Source: Schaalia meyeri
GTDB taxonomy: Bacteria > Actinomycetota > Actinomycetes > Actinomycetales > Actinomycetaceae
Reading direction: 5' to 3'
DNA: 32,000 nt
Assembly: GCF_900105015.1 (NCBI RefSeq)
Contig: NZ_FNLK01000007.1
Location: 1 to 32,000 of the forward strand
The position numbers and the translations under genes are program-made. Position 1 is the first letter of the stretch. Every line of letters starts with the position of its first letter. Positions 8,353 to 17,100 of the stretch are shown one piece after another. The notes under the pieces are model-generated. The model was not told where the DNA came from. It worked only from the letters and a program-made list of their open reading frames with translations, and did not search any database.

Positions 8353-9372
8353 CTAGACCAGCTCGATCTTCCACCCGTCCATCTTTTGCGGGCGGGAGAG
8401 CAGCATACGGCCCATGTCCTCGATGGTGGCACGTCCCTCGACGACCTCGACGACCGCCCCAGTGATGGGCATGTCGACGCCGACGGAAGCCGCGACCTGC
8501 AGGATCGGACCGGCAGAGGTGACCCCCTCGACGACGCCCGGAGACAGCGCCACGGCCTCGGCCAGGCTCATGCCGGCGCCGAGGCGATGCCCCAGCGAAA
8601 AGTTGCGCGACAGCCGCGAGGAACAGGTGGCCACCAGGTCGCCAATACCCGCCAGCCCCGCGAAGGTCGCGGCGTCAGCGCCGAGCGCGATACCGAGCCT
8701 GGTCATCTCCGCCAGCCCCCGGGTGATCAGCGTCGAGCGAGTGTTAATGCCCAGTCCCATCCCCTCGGCGGCGCCGATCGCCACCGCGATCACGTTCTTC
8801 GTGGCGCCGGCCATCTCCGTTCCCACGACATCCGCGGACACGTAGGGCCGGAAATAGGAATTGTGGCAGGCCCGCGCAATGTCCTTGGCCAGCTCCACGT
8901 CGCTGGCGGCAACGACCGTCGCGGTCGGATTCCGGTCCGCGATCTCGCGTGACAGGTTGGGGCCCGAAAGGACGGCGATGCGCCCCTCGGGCACACCGGA
9001 AGCCTCGGCCATGATCTGACCCACCCGCTTGAGGGACCCCAGCTCAAGCCCCTTCGCCAGGGACAGGAGCGCAACGTCATCGATAAACGCGCCCGTAACC
9101 GCCTCCAGCGTGGGGCGGACCGCCTTGACCGGGACGGCGACGACGACGAGCTGGCGACCCGCCACGGCGCTCGCGATGTCCTCTGTCGCGTCGATACGAT
9201 CCGACAGGGTAATCCCCGGCAGATACGTCGGATTCTCGTGTCCATTAATGAAGGCGATCGTGCCGGGGTTTCTGCCCCACATGGTGACCGATACGCCCGC
9301 GTCGGCAAGGACCTGAGCGAACGTCGTTCCCCACGCTCCCGTCCCCAGGACCGCTGCTGTTGAAATATTCAT
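8353..9372 (-). CDS. gpsA: NAD(P)H-dependent glycerol-3-phosphate dehydrogenase
   Basis: Rossmann motif VLGTGAWGTTFA with GpsA-like sequence throughout. I prefer the ATG at 9372 (MNISTAAVLG), which is preceded by GGGAGG at 9379-9384, over the track start at 9393. Confidence 0.93.
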   Translation of the reverse strand: MNISTAAVLGTGAWGTTFAQVLADAGVSVTMWGRNPGTIAFINGHENPTYLPGITLSDRIDATEDIASAVAGRQLVVVAVPVKAVRPTLEAVTGAFIDDVALLSLAKGLELGSLKRVGQIMAEASGVPEGRIAVLSGPNLSREIADRNPTATVVAASDVELAKDIARACHNSYFRPYVSADVVGTEMAGATKNVIAVAIGAAEGMGLGINTRSTLITRGLAEMTRLGIALGADAATFAGLAGIGDLVATCSSRLSRNFSLGHRLGAGMSLAEAVALSPGVVEGVTSAGPILQVAASVGVDMPITGAVVEVVEGRATIEDMGRMLLSRPQKMDGWKIELV

Positions 9373-9393
9373 CGAAACCTCCCTGTCAGACAC

Positions 9394-9399
9394 ATTCTA
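9394..9399 (-). promoter_or_regulatory. Candidate -10 hexamer TAGAAT for gpsA
   Basis: The minus strand reads TAGAAT-gtgtctgaca-GGGAGG-tttcg-ATG. Just upstream on the minus strand is a 7-bp hairpin, AGGACGG/CCGTCCT at 9402-9421. There is no clear -35 element. Confidence 0.3.
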
Positions 9400-9509
9400 C
9401 TAGGACGGATACAACCGTCCTGCCCCGAGCAGGAAAGGGAAGCAGGGCCGCATGCAACCGCTCACCGACTTCCTGGCCACCAGGGTGCACGAGGCCACAG
9501 GCTCTGGCA

Positions 9510-10274
9510 CTATCGCCGTTTCTTGGCTTTTTTCGCCCGCTTGGCTTGTTCCTCTTCCCACCACGGGCCGGCCTGGGTGACGGGGTCCCACACCTGCTCA
9601 GGGACGGGCAGATCGCGCAGCTGACCCACCCCGGCGCGCACGGCGTCGCTGATGCGCCGCGTCGCCTCACGCACCGCTTCGCGGTCCTGTGACCCCCGTG
9701 GTCCGATCAGATCGGACAGGTCCACCGGCGTCCCGAAGTGATAGGACAGGGCCCGCCCGGGGCGCATGTCGACCTTCTTGGCGTTGTAGGGGGCCAGGAT
9801 GTCCTGCGCGCCCCACTGGGACAGGGGGATGACGGGGACGCCCGTGTCCAGAGCCAGGCGTGCTGCTCCCGACTTGAACTGCATGGGCCATTCGTCGGGG
9901 TCACGGGTCAGCGTCCCCTCCGGGTAGATGCCAACGACCTCGCCACCCTCCAAAGCGGCACGCGCGGGCGCCAGCACGGCCGCGGGATCCGAGTCGCGGT
10001 TCACGGGAATCAGGCCCATGCCCCTGATGATCCAGCCGAAGACCGGCACGGAGAACATCGATTTTTTTGCCAGAAAGCGCACCGCCGTGTCACGCTTCAT
10101 GAAGTACCAGCACAGGCACAGCGGGTCGACGCTCGACAGGTGGTTGGATACCAGCAGGAAGCCCCCGTCGGCGGGCAGGTTTTCTTCACCGGTAGCAGTA
10201 ATCTTCACCCAGGGCGTCATGAGGGGCGTCAGCACGCCCTTTGCGAAGGCGTAAAAGCCGGAGACAGGACTCAT
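9510..10274 (-). CDS. plsC: 1-acyl-sn-glycerol-3-phosphate (lysophospholipid) acyltransferase
   Basis: Acyltransferase motifs NHLSSVD (HX4D) and IYPEGTLTRD are present. The C-terminal tail is basic (KRAKKAKKRR). Confidence 0.88.
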   Translation of the reverse strand: MSPVSGFYAFAKGVLTPLMTPWVKITATGEENLPADGGFLLVSNHLSSVDPLCLCWYFMKRDTAVRFLAKKSMFSVPVFGWIIRGMGLIPVNRDSDPAAVLAPARAALEGGEVVGIYPEGTLTRDPDEWPMQFKSGAARLALDTGVPVIPLSQWGAQDILAPYNAKKVDMRPGRALSYHFGTPVDLSDLIGPRGSQDREAVREATRRISDAVRAGVGQLRDLPVPEQVWDPVTQAGPWWEEEQAKRAKKAKKRR

Positions 10275-10280
10275 GGGACA

Positions 10281-10286
10281 ATTCTA
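10281..10286 (-). promoter_or_regulatory. Candidate -10 hexamer TAGAAT positioned for a leaderless plsC transcript
   Basis: The minus strand reads ctcg-TAGAAT-tgtccc-ATG. Exactly 6 nt separate the hexamer from the A of the start codon at 10274, and no Shine-Dalgarno sequence is present. Confidence 0.35.
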
Positions 10287-10330
10287 CGAGAGATTATTAT
10301 TCCCCCGGGATGCAAAGCACGCGGGCCACC

Positions 10331-11323
10331 TCACACGAGGACCGACACGACGCCGGGGGCGACATCCACGGTGAATGGAACCGACGCGATCCGGTCCCCG
10401 TCCGCCATCGCGACAACGCCCTCGGGGGCGGTAAAGGACACGGCCTTGGCGCTCTCGATGTCGATCGCCGGGTGAGCTTTCGCTCGCCCCGCAACGATGC
10501 TAGCCAGAACGACGAGCGCACGGGAGAGAGGAAGGGGTCCCACGTGGCAGACCTCGAGGATTCCGTCGCTCATGTCGGAGGAATCAACCAGGGTGATGCC
10601 GCCGCCGAAGCGACCCGAGTTCGACACGGACGCGATCCACCCGCTCATGTTACGTTCGCGCCCATCGACGGTAGCGCTCACGCCGGTGGGTTCGTGCGAG
10701 GCCAGGGCCGCGAACGCCCCATACCCGTAGGCCAGGGGGCCCGACGTCAGCGACGATTCGTTCGCCAGGATATTCGCGCGCGCGTCCAGGCCGATCGAGA
10801 CGATGCCCAGCGCGAGGCGAAGGCCCTCGCGCGAACGCACCCACATTCCATCCAGGGGGCGCACCCGAGCATCGAGCGCGCCCGGGCCGATCGATCCCAC
10901 GATGTCCCCGCCTGCGCGCCGCGCGGGCACCATACCCAGCCGAGCCAGGTTACGGGCTCGGGCCAGCGGATCCGTGCCAATGCCCAGCGCCCGACACAGA
11001 TCGTTGCCGCGGCCGCCAGGCATGGGAGCGAAGCGGGCGCCCGACTCGTGGCAGCCGCGGGCGACGGCGCTCAGATACCCGTCGCCGCCGAGGGCCGCGA
11101 CGACTGTGCCGGGAGAAACGTGGGCTGCGATCAACGCCGGGTCGTCGCCCGGCGTGGTCAGCCGAACCGCGACCTCCCAGCCGCCGCCGCGCAGGATGCG
11201 CACGATGCGCGGACCCAGGCGAACGCTGCGCCCGCCCGCCGACATTGACGAAACCAGCACAAAGATGCTGCGCCGCTCCCCTCGCCCGCCCACGATCTCA
11301 GTCCAGGTAACGCACGCGCGCAT
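10331..11323 (-). CDS. Diacylglycerol/lipid kinase family protein (YegS/DagK-like catalytic domain)
   Basis: The N-terminal strand RRSIFVLVSSMSAGG and the motif LGGDGYLSAVARG are typical of the DAGK_cat fold. The start is uncertain: ATG 11323 overlaps the murA 3' end by 26 nt, while GTG 11293 lies 4 nt after the murA stop. Confidence 0.75.
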   Translation of the reverse strand: MRACVTWTEIVGGRGERRSIFVLVSSMSAGGRSVRLGPRIVRILRGGGWEVAVRLTTPGDDPALIAAHVSPGTVVAALGGDGYLSAVARGCHESGARFAPMPGGRGNDLCRALGIGTDPLARARNLARLGMVPARRAGGDIVGSIGPGALDARVRPLDGMWVRSREGLRLALGIVSIGLDARANILANESSLTSGPLAYGYGAFAALASHEPTGVSATVDGRERNMSGWIASVSNSGRFGGGITLVDSSDMSDGILEVCHVGPLPLSRALVVLASIVAGRAKAHPAIDIESAKAVSFTAPEGVVAMADGDRIASVPFTVDVAPGVVSVLV

Positions 11324-12620
11324 CCAGCTGGTGAAGCTTGCGCGTGAAGTGCTCGTAGCCGCGCGAAATGACGTCGATACCCGACACCGTCGAGGTGCCC
11401 GATGCGGCCAGCGCGGCGATCAGGTGCGAGAAACCTCCGCGCAGGTCCGGGACCTCAATATCCGCGCTGTGCAGCGGCGTCGGACCCGAGATGACGGCCG
11501 AATGGTAGTAGTTTTTTTGGCCGAAGCGGCACGGCGTCCCGCCCAGACACTCGCGATAGACCTGTATGTTCGCGCCCATCTTACGCAGGGCCGAGGTAAA
11601 GCCGAAGCGGTTCTCGTACACGGTTTCATGCACGATCGACAAGCCCTGCGCCTGCGTGAGCGCCACGACGAGGGGCTGCTGCCAGTCCGTCATGAAGCCC
11701 GGGTGGACAGCGGTCTCCAACGCGATCGAGTGCAGTTCCCCACCCGGATGGTAGAAGCGGATCCCGTCTGCGTCGATATCGAAGGCGCCACCGACCTTGC
11801 GGAAAGTGTTGAGGAAGGTCGTCATGTCGGGCTGGTGGGCACCGCGCACGTAGATGTCGCCGTGGGTGGCCAGGGCGGCGGCGGCCCACGAGGCGGCCTC
11901 GATACGGTCCGGGAGGGCGGTATGACGGTAGCCGACCAGCTTGGACACACCCTCGATGCGGATCGTGCGATCCGTATCCACGGAGATGATCGCGCCCATC
12001 TTTTGCAGGACGTTGATCAGGTCCAGGATCTCGGGTTCGATGGCTGCGCCCCGAAGGGTCGTGATGCCTTCGTTACGCACGGCGGTCAGCAGCGTCTGTT
12101 CGGTCGCACCCACGGAGGGGAAGGGCAGCTCGATGATGGCGCCGTGCAGGCCCGCGGCGGGGCGTCTAATGTGCACGCCGTCGGGCTGTTTGTCGATGAT
12201 CGCGCCGAACTTGCGCAGCGTATCCAAGTGAAAGTCGATGGGACGGCCGCCGATCGCGCATCCCCCCAGCTCGGGGATGAAGGCCTCGCCAAGCTGATGG
12301 AGGAGCGGACCGCAGAACAGGATCGGGATGCGCGATGCGCCCGCGAGCGTGTCGATGTCGGAGCGGGAGGCAACCTTGACGTTGGAGGGGTCCATGCGCA
12401 GCGTGCCGCGGTCCTGATCAAAGTCGATGGCGACGCCGTGCAGGCTCAGCAGGTTCGACACCACATCGGTATCGCGGATCAGCGGCACGTTGTACAGCTC
12501 GGAGGGCGTGTCGGCCAGCAGCGAGGCGACCATTGCCTTGGGCACGAAGTTTTTGGCGCCGCGTACGCTGATCTCGCCGCTCAGCGGGTGGCCGCCTTCG
12601 ACTTGCAGGATGGATGACAT
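11298..12620 (-). CDS. murA: UDP-N-acetylglucosamine 1-carboxyvinyltransferase
   Basis: 440 aa. The N-terminus LQVEGGHPLSGEISVRGAKN and the active-site loop PELGGCAIGGRPIDFHL identify MurA. The catalytic Cys121 codon is at 12258-12260. Confidence 0.95.
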   Translation of the reverse strand: MSSILQVEGGHPLSGEISVRGAKNFVPKAMVASLLADTPSELYNVPLIRDTDVVSNLLSLHGVAIDFDQDRGTLRMDPSNVKVASRSDIDTLAGASRIPILFCGPLLHQLGEAFIPELGGCAIGGRPIDFHLDTLRKFGAIIDKQPDGVHIRRPAAGLHGAIIELPFPSVGATEQTLLTAVRNEGITTLRGAAIEPEILDLINVLQKMGAIISVDTDRTIRIEGVSKLVGYRHTALPDRIEAASWAAAALATHGDIYVRGAHQPDMTTFLNTFRKVGGAFDIDADGIRFYHPGGELHSIALETAVHPGFMTDWQQPLVVALTQAQGLSIVHETVYENRFGFTSALRKMGANIQVYRECLGGTPCRFGQKNYYHSAVISGPTPLHSADIEVPDLRGGFSHLIAALAASGTSTVSGIDVISRGYEHFTRKLHQLDARVRYLD

Positions 12621-13260
12621 GGGTGCTCCTCGGATATGCGTAACTGGCCCCTACTCTAGCCAGGCGGGGGCCTGCGTGCGCAGCGCTTTCGGTCGCGATC
12701 CGACACGGCCTCTCGTTCGGGAAGGTATTTCGATGGAGGCGCGGGGCCGGGCGGGCTCGGGGCGGCGGCCTGTCCCTGACCGGGACCCGGCCTCCTCGAT
12801 GGGCCCGTTCGCACAGCTGCCGATAGACACCGCGTTTACGGCGTTCGCACCCGGGTGTCAAGCTGTGCTTAACCGGTGATGTCAGCGATGGACCGACCGA
12901 AACTGACCGCGGGTACGGTGTAATCCTCGGTGGCGATTGTCAGATCGGGCCAGGGCCCCTGGCACCCGGCCAATCGCCTTCCCTTAAGCGCTGGGGGCTG
13001 GCGGCCTCGTGGACCAGGCGCAGATAGGTGCCCGGCGGGTCACAGGCGTCGTTTCTGTGGAGATGACGGGGTACGCCGCGCCACTTTTGTCGCGGTTCCC
13101 CTCGCCGTTCCTCAGTGGCTCGCGGCGCCCACTCCACGCGTTGGGGGCGGCGTGGAAGCCCGCGCTATACCCGCGAGTGGAAAAGCCTTCTCTCGAAAGG
13201 CCCCGCCGTCCTCACGTCTCAGAGGCCGCTTTGACACGTTTCACTATGCAACAGCTTGCC

Positions 13261-13277
13261 ATCTCAAAAGATGAGAT
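13261..13277. promoter_or_regulatory. Perfect 6-5-6 inverted repeat ATCTCA-AAAGA-TGAGAT just upstream of the IclR start
   Basis: The repeat is seen directly in the sequence. It lies in the only AT-rich patch of the intergenic region, 14 nt before the ATG at 13291. It is a candidate autoregulatory operator. Confidence 0.25.
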
Positions 13278-13290
13278 ATTGAATAGTTGT

Positions 13291-14028
13291 ATGGAAGAGC
13301 AAACATCCAGTGGCGTCGGCGTTCTCGATAAAGCAGCCCTGGTCCTAAACGCCCTTGAGGCCGGACCCGCGACACTCGCGCAACTCGTCTCCAGCACCGG
13401 GCTTGCCCGTCCAACCGCCCACCGGCTGGCTGTAGCGCTCGAATACCACCGGATGGTCGCCCGCGACATGCAGGGCCGTTTCATCCTCGGTCCCCGCCTG
13501 CAGGAACTGTCCTCCGCTGCCGGAGAGGACCGCCTGCTCCAAGCTTCCATGCCCGTGCTTCAGGCCCTGCGCGACCACACAAAGGAATCCTCCCAGCTCT
13601 TTCGCCGCCAGGGCGACTACCGCGTGTGCGTGGCAGCCTCCGAACGCGAGATGGGCCTGCGCGACTCGATCCCCGTGGGTGCCACGCTGTCGATGAGCGC
13701 CGGTTCGGCCGCCCAGATTCTGTTGGCCTGGGAGGAACCCGACCGCCTGCACCGAGGCCTCTACGGCGCTTCCTTCAACGCGACCATGCTCTCGGAGGTG
13801 CGTCGCCGGGGCTGGGCCCAGTCCGTGGGCGAACGCGAACCCGGAGTCGCCTCCGTCTCCGCCCCCGTTCGCGGCCCCTCCGGTCGAGTCCTGGCCGCCC
13901 TGTCGATTTCCGGCCCCATTGAGCGCATGGGCCGTCAGCCTGGACGCCAGCACGGCCCCTCGGTCATGGCGGCGGCCAACAAGCTCTCCGAGTTCCTGGC
14001 CACCGTGGAGGACGCCGCAGACCTGTAG
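13291..14028 (+). CDS. IclR-family transcriptional regulator
   Basis: The N-terminal wHTH is VLDKAALVLNALEAGPATLAQLVSSTGLARPTAHRLAVALE, followed by an IclR effector domain. I prefer the ATG at 13291. The track ORF from 13009 runs through R/P/G-rich, low-information sequence, and codons 13246-13290 have low GC3. Confidence 0.88.
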   Translation: MEEQTSSGVGVLDKAALVLNALEAGPATLAQLVSSTGLARPTAHRLAVALEYHRMVARDMQGRFILGPRLQELSSAAGEDRLLQASMPVLQALRDHTKESSQLFRRQGDYRVCVAASEREMGLRDSIPVGATLSMSAGSAAQILLAWEEPDRLHRGLYGASFNATMLSEVRRRGWAQSVGEREPGVASVSAPVRGPSGRVLAALSISGPIERMGRQPGRQHGPSVMAAANKLSEFLATVEDAADL

Positions 14029-14049
14029 GCCTCGTTGTTTTCCACGGAG

Positions 14050-14092
14050 GCGGGTGGGCCGGGGGGATTGCGTATCCTCCCGGCCCACCCGC
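14050..14092. terminator. Bidirectional terminator hairpin between the convergent IclR and pullulanase genes
   Basis: An 18-bp stem with one mismatch pairs GCGGGTGGGCCGGGGGGA (14050-14067) with TCCTCCCGGCCCACCCGC (14075-14092) around the 7-nt loop TTGCGTA. The U tract is weak (GTTTCG). Confidence 0.6.
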
Positions 14093-14109
14093 GTTTCGCA
14101 GCTGACGGA

Positions 14110-17100
14110 TCAGGCTATCCAGCGGCCTGATGAGTCAAAGGTGTAGGTGGTGCCGTCCACAACGACGCGACCCGTGACCATCGCGCCGCTTGCGGGATCC
14201 AGGTAGTACCAGCTGGAACCATAGGGCAACCAGCCTGTTGCCATCACCCCGCTGTCCGACAGGTAGTACCAGGAGCCACCCACGAACGTCCAGCCCGTGG
14301 CCATCGCCCCGCTGCCGGTCAGGTAGTACCAGTTCGCGCCGTCGCGCAACCACCCCGTCGCCATGACGCCGCTCGCTGGATCCAGGTAGAACCAAGAGCC
14401 TCCCACGAGCGTCCAACCCGTGGCCATCGCGCCCGACGCCTTGTAGTAGCGCCACTGCCCGGCGTCGTACTCCCAGCCGGTCTTCATCCACCCTTCGGAA
14501 TCAAAAGAATAGGTGATGCCATTGATCTTGATGCGCTCGTTGAAGGGGTACGAACCATCCGGGTAGCGCAGCCACCAACGGCCGTCGCTGGATTGTATCC
14601 ACTTCCCCTCCGACGGATCGGGCGCGGGATTCACGCGAGCCCCGACCGCCTGTGTAAAGACCGCGACAGTGCGCGCGGGAACGGTAACGGTGCCCGTCTT
14701 CCCATCAAAGGACGCGCCCTTGACCACCTCGTCCGCGCCGCCAGCCTGCGCCTCGTGCAGCTTAAACACGCGCCCGGCCAGGCCATCAACGCGCTGCTTG
14801 ATGGCCTCTCCCGTCGCGTTGAACACGACCAGGGCGCCGTCAAGCTCGCGATCGATGTCGTCGCGGGAGTCGGCTTCGTCGTTGATGAGCATCATGATCG
14901 TCCCATCCACGGCGGCAGACCCCGAATTCGGGAACGACACCTTCGAGCGAACCAGATCCGCGCTGCCGAGCGTGAACAGGCGCGAGGAGGAACGCACGCG
15001 CAGGAAGTCCATCGCGATCTTCGAGGACGCGCCGATCTGCTCCGGGGACGGTTTCAAGTCGGGGTTTTCCAACAGAGGCCGCATGTGGTCCCAGGCCGCG
15101 CCGTTCTTGGACTTCATTGGCAGGCCGCGGCCGAAACCGTTGTCGCGCATCGTCCAGTCGATGGCGTTGAAGTGGTCGCCCGAGTTGTAGGAGTCGCGGT
15201 CCAGGGACTTCGAGCGCAGCATCTCCGTGCCCGATGCCCACAGCGCCGGCGACTGCGACAGGGACACCGATGCCTGGCTCAGCAACGACATGCGCACACG
15301 ATTGTCCATCGGAGCGTTCGTCGGCATCTTGTACGTCACCAGGTCGAACAGGGTCTCGTTGTCGTGGGCGTCCACGTAGTTCACGTTCTCAACCGGCTGA
15401 GACGCGAAACCAGCACCGTGGCCGTTGTAGTCCAGCTGCGCGCCCAGGATGCTTCGGCCGTCGTAGGTCGTGAGCGGGTAGTCCTTCAGGTTGCCCGCCA
15501 GGCCCAGCTTCACCAGGTCCACCCGGTGCAGATAGTCCGCACGGCGTTCATCGGCGGAGCGTGTATCCAGTCCGTTTGCGTCAGAGAACGCGCCCGAACC
15601 CAGCCCCTGGAACACGCGGTGGTCCTCGTCGAAGGGGCCGCCGCCGTGGACCGCGTCGCGCAGGCGATCATTGAACGCACCGATGCCCGTGCCGTCCAGC
15701 TGCCCCTGTGTGGCCTGCCTGAACAGCGCGTTATTCGCGACCTCACCGAAGTTCCAGCCCTCGCCGTAGATGTACAGGCGCGAGCCGTCCACTCCGTCCT
15801 TGTCCAGCGTCAAAGACTTCAGCGCTTCCTTCGCGCGCTTCATCCCATCGGCGGGATGGTGACCCATCAGGTCGAAACGGAAACCGTCAACGTGATAGTG
15901 CTTTGCCCAGTGGATCATCGAATCGATCATCAGGCGCTCGCTCATCGCGTTCTCGGTTGCCACGTTCGAGCAGCACGTTGAGGTCTCCACCGCGCCGGCG
16001 GCGTTCAAGCGCTGGTAGTAGCCGGGCACGACCCGGTCCAGCACCGAATGCGCGTCCTGGCCGGCGGCCGGAGTGTGGTTGTACACCTGGTCGAGCACCA
16101 CCTGCATGCCAATCGAATGCAGGCCGCCCACCATGGAGCGGAACTCGCGAACGCGTGCGCCACCGTTTTGGTGAGACTCGGTCGCGTAAGAGCCCTCGGG
16201 AGCCATCCAGTGGAACGGATCGTATCCCCAGTTGTAGGCGTCCTGGTCGGCAACGGCGGCCACCGCGGCCTGCTGAGCCTCCGACGCCGGGCCCGCGTCC
16301 TGCGGAATGTCCGGCACCTTTTGGTCGCTGCGCTTCTCAGGGATGGTCGCGATGTCGAACGTGGGCAGCAGGTGCACCGTGTTCATGCCGGCTTTCGCCA
16401 GCTCGCTCAGGTGACGCATGCCGCCCGACTGGTGCTGCGTAAACGCCATGTATGTCCCGCGCATCTCCTCGGGGACCGATTCATCCTTCGCCGAAAAGTC
16501 GCGCACGTGCAGCTCGTAGATGGAGCGCTGCGCGTCGTCCTGCAGCACCGGCGCCGCGGTGTTCTTCCATTCCGAGGGGGCGATCGACGGGTCGTTCATG
16601 TTGACGGCCACCGACCTGGTCGAATCAACCGTCAGGCCCACCGAGTACGGGTCCGTCACCGTGTTCGTCTCCACAGCGCCCGTAGAGGGCACGTACACTC
16701 GGACCTCCCACAGGTACTGCGCCCCTTCGTGGATCGCGCCGTCGGCGTTATCGACGCTCCAGCGGCCGTCGTCGCCTCGCTGGGCGGGCGTGCGCACGGC
16801 GTCGCCCGACACCTCATCGTCGGCGCCCCCGGGGGTCTTCGTGTTCCACGACAGCAAAGTCACGTTCTTCGCCGTGGGTGCCCACAGCGCGAAAGTCGGT
16901 TTCCCGTCGTCCCGCCAGCCCACACCGAACGAGGCCTGGGTGGCCTTAGCCGCATAGATGGAGTCCAGCACGGGAGCGATCTGCACGCCTGTGAATGCGT
17001 TGATAGTGCCGCCGCTCTTTTGGGCAACCGCGATCTGGCCCGTCAGGGCCTCTCGGGCCTTTGCCTGGTCAATGTCAGCGCGCAGAGCGATGTATCCGCT

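Noticed and set aside
10803-12617. 604-aa plus-strand ORF
   Set aside because: It lies exactly antisense to murA, which has unmistakable homology. Its translation is R/A/G/P/H-rich and low in information. Long open antisense frames are expected at about 65% GC.
13009-13290. N-terminal extensions offered by the ORF track: IclR from 13009, pullulanase from 18267, helicase from 26350, ABC2 from 1396, ECF ATPase from 4368, gpsA from 9393, oxidoreductase from 29865
   Set aside because: In each case the extension overlaps the upstream gene or is low-complexity. A downstream start with a good RBS, or an ATGA-type coupling, gives the family-typical N-terminus.
12621-13290. Known housekeeping RNAs in the long gap: RNase P RNA, tmRNA, SRP RNA and the c-di-AMP (ydaO) riboswitch
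   Set aside because: No GAGGAAAGTCCGG (RNase P P4) is present. There is no tRNA-like tmRNA end and no GGAAGGAAGCAGC-type SRP domain IV core. Only a chance GGTGTAATCC resembles one ydaO segment, and the other ydaO cores (GGGGGACCCA, CCGAACCCGACAGCTAACC) are absent. An Rfam scan is still advisable.
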